Source: Chloroflexota bacterium
Lineage (GTDB): Bacteria > Chloroflexota > Limnocylindria > Limnocylindrales > CSP1-4
Length of the DNA stretch: 64,000 nt
Assembly: GCA_004297395.1 (NCBI GenBank)
Contig: SCUO01000100.1
Span: forward strand, 80,418 to 144,417
Reading direction: 5' to 3'
Shown here: positions 58,870 to 64,000 of the stretch, in pieces
Layout: each line of letters begins with the position of its first letter
How positions within the stretch are numbered: position 1 is the stretch's first letter
Made by a program: the position numbers and the translations under genes
The notes under the pieces: generated by a model
What the model was told of the DNA's origin: nothing
Database searches by the model: none
Seen by the model: the letters and a program-made list of their open reading frames with translations, nothing else

Positions 58870-59336
58870 GGCTGGACCCGGCGGCCGCGCACCGGCGTCG
58901 TCATCGCCCGGATCCGGGCCCGCCGGGTGGTGCCCCGGGCGATCACCAGGGCGAGATCCGCCCACACGCGGGCATAGGCCGCCCGGACGATCGGATCGTC
59001 CGGATTCGCTTCACGGGCGAACGACGAGGCCAGCGCCTCGTGCGATCGGATCGGGGCGAGCTGGGCCGCGACGACATCGACGTCGCCCGTTCGCTTCGCC
59101 GAAGGCCCATCGAGGTCGGACGGCTCGTCGACGCCGGACGGCTCGTCGAGGTCGGGCCAGGCCGTCTCGCGGTCCGCCACCACGAGCGCGCCGCCGAGGC
59201 CCCGGAGGAGCGGGGGCGCGGCGGGCGGCTCGCGGCGAGCGGCGTCGGGTGGGGGCGCACCAAGCACGTGCACCGCGCGACCCGATATCCCGGAGTCGCC
59301 GGTCGGGAGGAGCTCCGCAGCGGTCGATCCGAGCAT
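58866..59336 (-). CDS. hypothetical protein
   Basis: ATG 59336 follows GGAGG; internal DEPSG/DEPSD repeat; no recognised family. Confidence 0.45.
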   Translation of the reverse strand: MLGSTAAELLPTGDSGISGRAVHVLGAPPPDAARREPPAAPPLLRGLGGALVVADRETAWPDLDEPSGVDEPSDLDGPSAKRTGDVDVVAAQLAPIRSHEALASSFAREANPDDPIVRAAYARVWADLALVIARGTTRRARIRAMTTPVRGRRVQP

Positions 59337-59405
59337 GGCCCAAGCCTCCGGGCGCCAGGTCAACGGCGCGTATCCGGCAAATCAACGAGTGATGTGCCGC
59401 AACGG

Positions 59406-59585
59406 GTGGCGCGACGTGCGATGCGTCGCGGACGCGGCGCATCACCGTAGGCGTCGCATCGCCATAGGCGTCGCGTGTGCTGCCCGTCAACGAGCCATGC
59501 GTCGCCGCGGCGCATGGCTTAAGCGCCGCCCGCGTGGCGTCACGTGCGATGCGTCGCGAAGGCGGCGCATCGCCATAGGCGTCGC
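59406..59585. repeat. REP/BIME-like mosaic of 52-nt direct repeats and three related hairpins
   Basis: 59406-59457 and 59534-59585 match at 46 of 52 positions. Hairpin cores ATGCGTCGC...GCGGCGCAT occur three times. Confidence 0.7.
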
Positions 59586-59606
59586 GCAGTGGCGCGACGC
59601 TCCCGG

Positions 59607-60299
59607 TCAGGCAGGCCGCCGAAGGACGTAGCCGACGCCGCGGATCGTCTGGATCACCGAGGGATTGCCCGGATCGGGCTCGATCGCCGAGCGAAGCCAG
59701 TGGACGTGGACATCGACCGTCCGCGTCTCCCCGGCGTAGTCGTAGCCCCACACGCTCTCGAGCAGCTGGTCGCGGCTGAGGACCTGGCCCGGATGGCGGA
59801 CAAGGAAGGCGAGGAGCTCGAAGACCTTGGGCTTCAGGGGTATCTCGCGACCGTCCCTGAGGACGCGGTGCCCGGCCAGGTCCACCTGGACGTCACCAAG
59901 GTCGACGACCGTCGGACCGCCCGCCGCGGCGGCCTGCTCGGCCCGCCGGAAGATGGCCCGGATGCGGGCCGTCAGCTCCCGCAGGCTGAACGGCTTCGTG
60001 ACGTAATCGTCCGCCCCGAGCTCCAGGCCCACGATCTTGTCGACCTCGGCGCCGCGCGCCGTGAGCATCACGATGGGCACGGCCGATTCCGCCCGGATGA
60101 TTCGGCAGACCTCGATCCCCGACAGCTCGGGCAGCATCAGGTCGAGGAGGACGAGATCGGGACCTTCGGCCCGGAACTGGTCGAGGGCCGCCCGCCCATC
60201 GGCAGCCTCCACGACCCGGAACCCGTCAGCGGCAAGCGCGTCGACGAGGGTCTCGCGGAGGGTCGGCTCGTCATCGACGACGAGGATCGTGCGGGCCAT
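59607..60299 (-). CDS. OmpR/PhoB-family response regulator (RegX3/PhoB-like)
   Basis: ILVVDDE, LVLLDLMLP..SG, PIVMLTA, GLELGADDYVTKPFS.REL.ARI, and winged helix LSRDQLL..VWG......RTVDVHV..LR. Confidence 0.95.
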   Translation of the reverse strand: MARTILVVDDEPTLRETLVDALAADGFRVVEAADGRAALDQFRAEGPDLVLLDLMLPELSGIEVCRIIRAESAVPIVMLTARGAEVDKIVGLELGADDYVTKPFSLRELTARIRAIFRRAEQAAAAGGPTVVDLGDVQVDLAGHRVLRDGREIPLKPKVFELLAFLVRHPGQVLSRDQLLESVWGYDYAGETRTVDVHVHWLRSAIEPDPGNPSVIQTIRGVGYVLRRPA

Positions 60300-60318
60300 C
60301 GATGTCGAGCATAGCCGC

Positions 60319-60329
60319 GCGTGTTAACG
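60319..60329 (-). promoter_or_regulatory. CGTTAACACGC, identical to 40751-40761 upstream of pstS; candidate autoregulatory PHO site
   Basis: 11 of 11 identity by eye; just upstream of TATGCT and the ATG of the response regulator. Confidence 0.5.
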
Positions 60330-60385
60330 GCCGATTGAGTGGCGGCGAGCCGGAGACTCGCCGCCGTGGGAGGTGAGAGGACGGC

Positions 60386-60934
60386 TTACGAGGCCGCAAC
60401 CTCGAGCGGGCCGACGAGGAAGACGCTGAGGACGGTGCCATGCACCCCCGAGTTCGCGGAACAGACGACGCCGAAGGTTCCGGCGGTTGGCCCGATGAAC
60501 GCCGTGGTCGTGGCGCCACCTTCGACGGTCGGCTCGCTCATGACGATCGAGACATTCATGGCCCAGTTGGGCCAGTCCTGGCCGGCCTCGTTTGCGGCCG
60601 CGATCGCGGCGATCGCGGCGACGCCGTCGTCCCACGTGAACTCCGGCTTCAGGCGATGGACGAAGAAGGCCCCGAAGTCATCGGTCTCGTTCGTGATCTC
60701 GACCTTCGCCTGCGCCCCGGACAGGGTCGCGGGGTTGCCTTGCCAGATGCAGCCGTCTTCGGTCAGCGTGATGGTCCCGCCCTCGACGACATCGAACGAC
60801 GGGGCCGGCGATGCGGTGGCGAGGACGGCAGACGGGGTCGCGCCGGCAGTCGGCTGACAGGCGCCGATGGCGGCGACGAGCACGATGCCAATCATCAGCC
60901 TGGGCACCCGGGGCGGGGGGAAACTCGGAAACAT
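60386..60934 (-). CDS. putative lipoprotein, possibly cupredoxin-like
   Basis: RBS GGAGG, hydrophobic stretch ending IGAC, and ITLTEDGC...PATL..V.ITN...F.VHRL...GTFGVVC, reminiscent of EfeO-type cupredoxin domains. The fold call is weak. Confidence 0.55.
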   Translation of the reverse strand: MFPSFPPPRVPRLMIGIVLVAAIGACQPTAGATPSAVLATASPAPSFDVVEGGTITLTEDGCIWQGNPATLSGAQAKVEITNETDDFGAFFVHRLKPEFTWDDGVAAIAAIAAANEAGQDWPNWAMNVSIVMSEPTVEGGATTTAFIGPTAGTFGVVCSANSGVHGTVLSVFLVGPLEVAAS

Positions 60935-61073
60935 GGCCGGCTACCTCCAGGCGCGGCCGTACCACCCGGTACGGGCGCCGCATTGTTCGATGTGGGGTTC
61001 GATACGTGGCTGCCCCCGTGTGGACGGAGGTGCCTCGGTCAGGGCGACCGCGCGTTCGGTCTCGCGAGGGGGT

Positions 61074-62408
61074 TCACGGGGTCGCCTCGGTCGCGTAGCC
61101 CTCGGGCTCGTAGATGAAGGGTGGCACGACCCCTTCAGGCCCCGAGCCGTCCAGGACGATCAGGACCCGGCCGTCGGGCAGGAGGACCGCGGTGTGGTTC
61201 GCAGCCGGCCGATCCAGGGGCTTCGTCTCCTCGAACATCCCTTCCGCGGCATCCCAGATCTCGGCCGATGCCAGCTCGACGCCCGACGCGGACCTTCCGC
61301 CAGTGATGAGGATCCGACCGTCGGCCAGCACCGTTGCGGCGTGCCCGTCGCGCTGACGCGACATCGTGGTCGGCTGACCCGGCGAGCCTTCGACCCAGTC
61401 ACTGACGCCCGCGTAGCCGCCGGAAACGATGAAGGCGCCGGCGATCAGGACCCTCCCGCTCGGAAGCCGGACGATGCTCACGGACCGCGGGTCGTCCAGG
61501 AAGACCCGCTCTTCCAGGAACGTGCGGCTGGCCGGATCCCAGATCTCGACGACACCGACGCCCGTTCCCTCGACGGGGTCGCCACCTCCGACGACCAGGA
61601 CGCGTCCATCCGGGAGCAGCGCCGCTGCGTGCCCGGACCTGGGGCTCTGTAGGGTACCCGCCGGGGCGAACAGTTCTGTCGCTGGATCCCAGATCTCCGC
61701 CTCCGCCTGCCCGCCAGCGGGCCCCGCACCGCCAACGACAAGAACCCTCCCGTCGGGTAGGACCGTCATCGTGTGACCGACGCGTGGGCTGGCCATGGAT
61801 CCGGTCTCACGGAATCTCGAGGCCGTCGCGTCCCAGAGCTCGGCCGACGCGAGGGCGCTGGACGAGTACTGGTATGGCCCGCCAAAGCCGCCGCTGACCA
61901 GCACGCGGCCGTCAAGCAGGAGGGTCACCGTCGGGTTGACGCGCGGAACGAGCGGCGGGTCGACCGAGACGAGGCCACTCCCGGGATCCCAGATGTCGGC
62001 GCGGGCAACAGCAGTGCCGATTCCTTCCCACTCCCCGGAGACGATGAGCGTCCGACCGTCCGGTAGCAGCGCCGCGGTGGCGCTGCTGTCCGACTGTCTC
62101 AGCAATCCGAGCGGTCCGAACCGGGCGTCCGGCTCCTGTCGTGGTTTGGGACTGCCGAAGTACAGGGCGCCCGCAACCAGGGCGATCAGCGCGCCGACCA
62201 CCACCAGCACCTGGATGAGGCGCCGCCGGCGGGAGGTTGTGGCGCGCGGCGACCGTCCGAATGCGGAGCCGAGCCGGACCGAGCCGGAGCCCGCGGACGT
62301 CCTCGCCTCGGAGGGCCGCCACGGCGGGGCTTCGGGAAGGAGACTTTCCACGCCGGCCAGCCGCGCCTCGAGCGCTGACCAGGTGGCCGCATCGAGTCGC
62401 TCGATCAT
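61074..62408 (-). CDS. single-pass membrane protein with seven Kelch/galactose-oxidase-like repeats; putative anti-sigma factor
   Basis: About 60-aa N region, RRRR plus TM LIQVLVVVGALIALVAGALYF, then seven L(P/L/A)(D/S)GR.L(I/V).GG-type repeats. ATGA overlap with the ECF sigma stop. Confidence 0.8.
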   Translation of the reverse strand: MIERLDAATWSALEARLAGVESLLPEAPPWRPSEARTSAGSGSVRLGSAFGRSPRATTSRRRRLIQVLVVVGALIALVAGALYFGSPKPRQEPDARFGPLGLLRQSDSSATAALLPDGRTLIVSGEWEGIGTAVARADIWDPGSGLVSVDPPLVPRVNPTVTLLLDGRVLVSGGFGGPYQYSSSALASAELWDATASRFRETGSMASPRVGHTMTVLPDGRVLVVGGAGPAGGQAEAEIWDPATELFAPAGTLQSPRSGHAAALLPDGRVLVVGGGDPVEGTGVGVVEIWDPASRTFLEERVFLDDPRSVSIVRLPSGRVLIAGAFIVSGGYAGVSDWVEGSPGQPTTMSRQRDGHAATVLADGRILITGGRSASGVELASAEIWDAAEGMFEETKPLDRPAANHTAVLLPDGRVLIVLDGSGPEGVVPPFIYEPEGYATEATP

Positions 62409-62992
62409 GACAGCAGCTCCGGGTGGGCTCGGAGCGCAGCCAGGGCCCGCGCGACGAGGCTTCGAACGCCCGACGCCGAGAGACCCAGGATGTCACCTAT
62501 CTCCTCGTCGGAGAGATCGCGCTGGTAGCGCAGGAAGACGACCTCCCGCTGGCGTTCCGGCAGCGCCCGCGCAAGCTCATCGAGCCAGAGCCAGAACTCG
62601 GCCCGGCCACCAACCTCGGTGGGATCCACCGGCTCGGTCGAGCCGCGTCCGGTCGTGAAGGGCAGCCAGCGGATGAGCCGCTCCCGGCGCCAGCGATCGA
62701 CGACGATGCGGCGGGCGATGACGAGGAGCCAGGGCAGCGCCCGGGCGGCGGGCCCGTGGCCGGATCGCCACGCGGCGAAGGCCCGGTCGAAGGTGTCGGC
62801 CACGACGTCGTCGGCGTCGTCGCGCCGCCGGAGGCTCAGCAGGACGTAGCGGTAGACGTCCCGGTAGTGATCGCGATAGACCGCCTCGAAGCTCTCAGCG
62901 GATTCCTCGACGAGGCGCGGGTCGGGCGCCGGGCGCTCGCTCTCGAGGATCTTGAGGAGATCCCATGTCAGCGACGCGGCGAAGGAGCTCAT
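62405..62992 (-). CDS. ECF-type sigma-70 factor
   Basis: FEAVYRDHYRDVYRY, DADDVVADTF, PWLL.IARR..VD.WRR, LP.RQREVV.LRY...LS..EI..ILG.S..GVRS...RAL motifs. Confidence 0.92.
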   Translation of the reverse strand: MSSFAASLTWDLLKILESERPAPDPRLVEESAESFEAVYRDHYRDVYRYVLLSLRRRDDADDVVADTFDRAFAAWRSGHGPAARALPWLLVIARRIVVDRWRRERLIRWLPFTTGRGSTEPVDPTEVGGRAEFWLWLDELARALPERQREVVFLRYQRDLSDEEIGDILGLSASGVRSLVARALAALRAHPELLS

Positions 62993-63001
62993 GCCATTAC
63001 C

Positions 63002-63027
63002 AACGAACGGCAGGTGCACTCTGTCCC
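63002..63027 (-). promoter_or_regulatory. ECF-type promoter GGGACA-N16-CGTT upstream of the sigma gene
   Basis: Read directly on the minus strand; matches the general ECF GG(A/G)AC...CGT(T/C) layout. Confidence 0.5.
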
Positions 63028-63072
63028 ACGGCGCGTCGCGCGGCGCGTCGCGCGATGCCGCCGGGGCGGCGG

Positions 63073-63465
63073 TCAGGGCTCCTTGACGTAGTACTCGGTG
63101 AAGCTCCGGCAGCGGCCATCGGCGTCGAACTCGAGCAGGAAGACGTTGTGATAGCGACGGTCGAGCGTCGTCCGGGTCGCGTCCGAGTAGTAGTCCGACG
63201 TGCCGATGGCGACCGCCCGGTCACCATCGACCACCGCCGGCCGATAGGCCGCGTCATACGTTCCCGCGTCGTCGCGCCCGGAGACGTTCCCGGCCGGCGC
63301 GACCCAGTCGTTGACGATCGTGTCGCGCCCGATCTCGGGCTCGTCCCAGGGGTGGTAGCGGTACTCGGCGTCGGCCGCGAAGAGGTCGCCGATCGCGACC
63401 GGGTCGTACGACTTCCAGGCCTCGACGTAGCGGTCGAGCCAGCGCTGAACGTCGGCGTGGGTCAT
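63073..63465 (-). CDS. SnoaL/NTF2-like family protein
   Basis: WLDRYVEAW...D......LFA.DAEY...PWD.P..GRD.I...W and N.F.L.FD.DGRC..FTE.Y motifs. Confidence 0.85.
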   Translation of the reverse strand: MTHADVQRWLDRYVEAWKSYDPVAIGDLFAADAEYRYHPWDEPEIGRDTIVNDWVAPAGNVSGRDDAGTYDAAYRPAVVDGDRAVAIGTSDYYSDATRTTLDRRYHNVFLLEFDADGRCRSFTEYYVKEP

Positions 63466-64000
63466 GCGATGCCTCCTTCCGGGGACGGGTCGCCCTCCGT
63501 CGATGCGCTGCCGGCTGCGAGCCCGGCGACCCCGGCGATGGCCGCGTCGAGCCGGGCCAGAGTCCGCTCGCTCCCCAGGGCGACGAGGGTATCGAACAGC
63601 GGCGGCGTGGCGGTCCGGCCGGTGACCGCGACGCGGATGGCCATGAACAGGTCGCCGGCCTTCCAGCCGCGGGCCTCGGCGAGGGCACGCAGGGGCGGCT
63701 CGATCTCCTCGGATTCGAAGCTCACGGCGCCGACGTCGGCGATCGCGTGGCGGGCGTCGGCAAGGGCGCGCGCCGTGGTCGCCGCGTCCCAGCGTTTCGG
63801 CACGATCAACGCCGGCTCTACCCGCAGGTCGTCGATCCACAGGAAGCCGACGAGGTCGCCAACGGCGCCGAGGGTGGGCAGCCGCTCGCGGATCATCGGC
63901 AGGACCGTCCGGATCTCGTCCGGCGTCGGCGTCCGATCCATCCGGCCGGCGAGGTGCTCGGCCTCGAGGAACGGCTCCAGGCGGGTGACGAGGGCCTCGT
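63462..64000 (-). CDS. gltX: glutamate--tRNA ligase, C-terminal anticodon-binding part (gene begins beyond the window)
   Basis: PMIRERL.TL, K.GDLFM.IRVAVTGR..TPPLFDT...LG.E.T..RL pattern. Confidence 0.9.
   Translation of the reverse strand, partial: EALVTRLEPFLEAEHLAGRMDRTPTPDEIRTVLPMIRERLPTLGAVGDLVGFLWIDDLRVEPALIVPKRWDAATTARALADARHAIADVGAVSFESEEIEPPLRALAEARGWKAGDLFMAIRVAVTGRTATPPLFDTLVALGSERTLARLDAAIAGVAGLAAGSASTEGDPSPEGGIA

Noticed and set aside
59406-59585. Possible CRISPR or tRNA-like structure
   Set aside because: There are only two long copies with related sequence between them, no cloverleaf or T-loop motifs, and no cas genes.
63030-63053. 12-nt tandem duplication GGCGCGTCGCGC
   Set aside because: Two copies of a GC-only motif are too weak to interpret.

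Overview
A very GC-rich bacterial chromosome segment with about 65 densely packed genes. I saw no rRNA, tRNA, CRISPR array, integrase or transposase. Gene content and the many apparently leaderless starts resemble Actinomycetota or high-GC Chloroflexota, but the lineage is inferred, not shown. Left part: adenosine deaminase, two convergent AAA-ATPase/LuxR (STAND-type) regulators flanking two DUF4242 genes and a small secreted protein, an arrestin/SpoOM-like protein, argH, transporters, and a flavoprotein plus cNMP-binding pair. Middle: an ALDH with a half-ALDH, NUDIX, YhhN, an S9 peptidase, a lipoprotein with a C-terminal Hint domain, deoC, a ligase homolog lacking its catalytic residues, ABC exporters and a P-type ATPase. 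Right part (35.8-60.3 kb): an interleaved phosphate/polyphosphate/arsenic cluster (ppk1, CYTH-CHAD, ppx, pstSCAB-phoU-arsC-sixA, arsR, arsM, glpQ, EEP, PhoR/SenX3-like kinase, DUF47, acr3-arsR-arsP-thioredoxin, PiT, PhoB/RegX3-like regulator) with proS inside it. An ECF sigma/Kelch anti-sigma/lipoprotein module, a SnoaL protein and the 3' end of gltX follow. Best candidates for undescribed biology: (1) the CPIC-Hint lipoprotein, possibly redox-gated and autoprocessing; (2) the pseudo-ligase; (3) a Cys-tailed small ORF plus strong hairpin ahead of arsM; (4) the ECF/Kelch module; (5) a shared 20-bp palindrome linking a STAND-LuxR regulator to the DUF4242 genes. All product calls come from motif recognition by eye; no database search was run.
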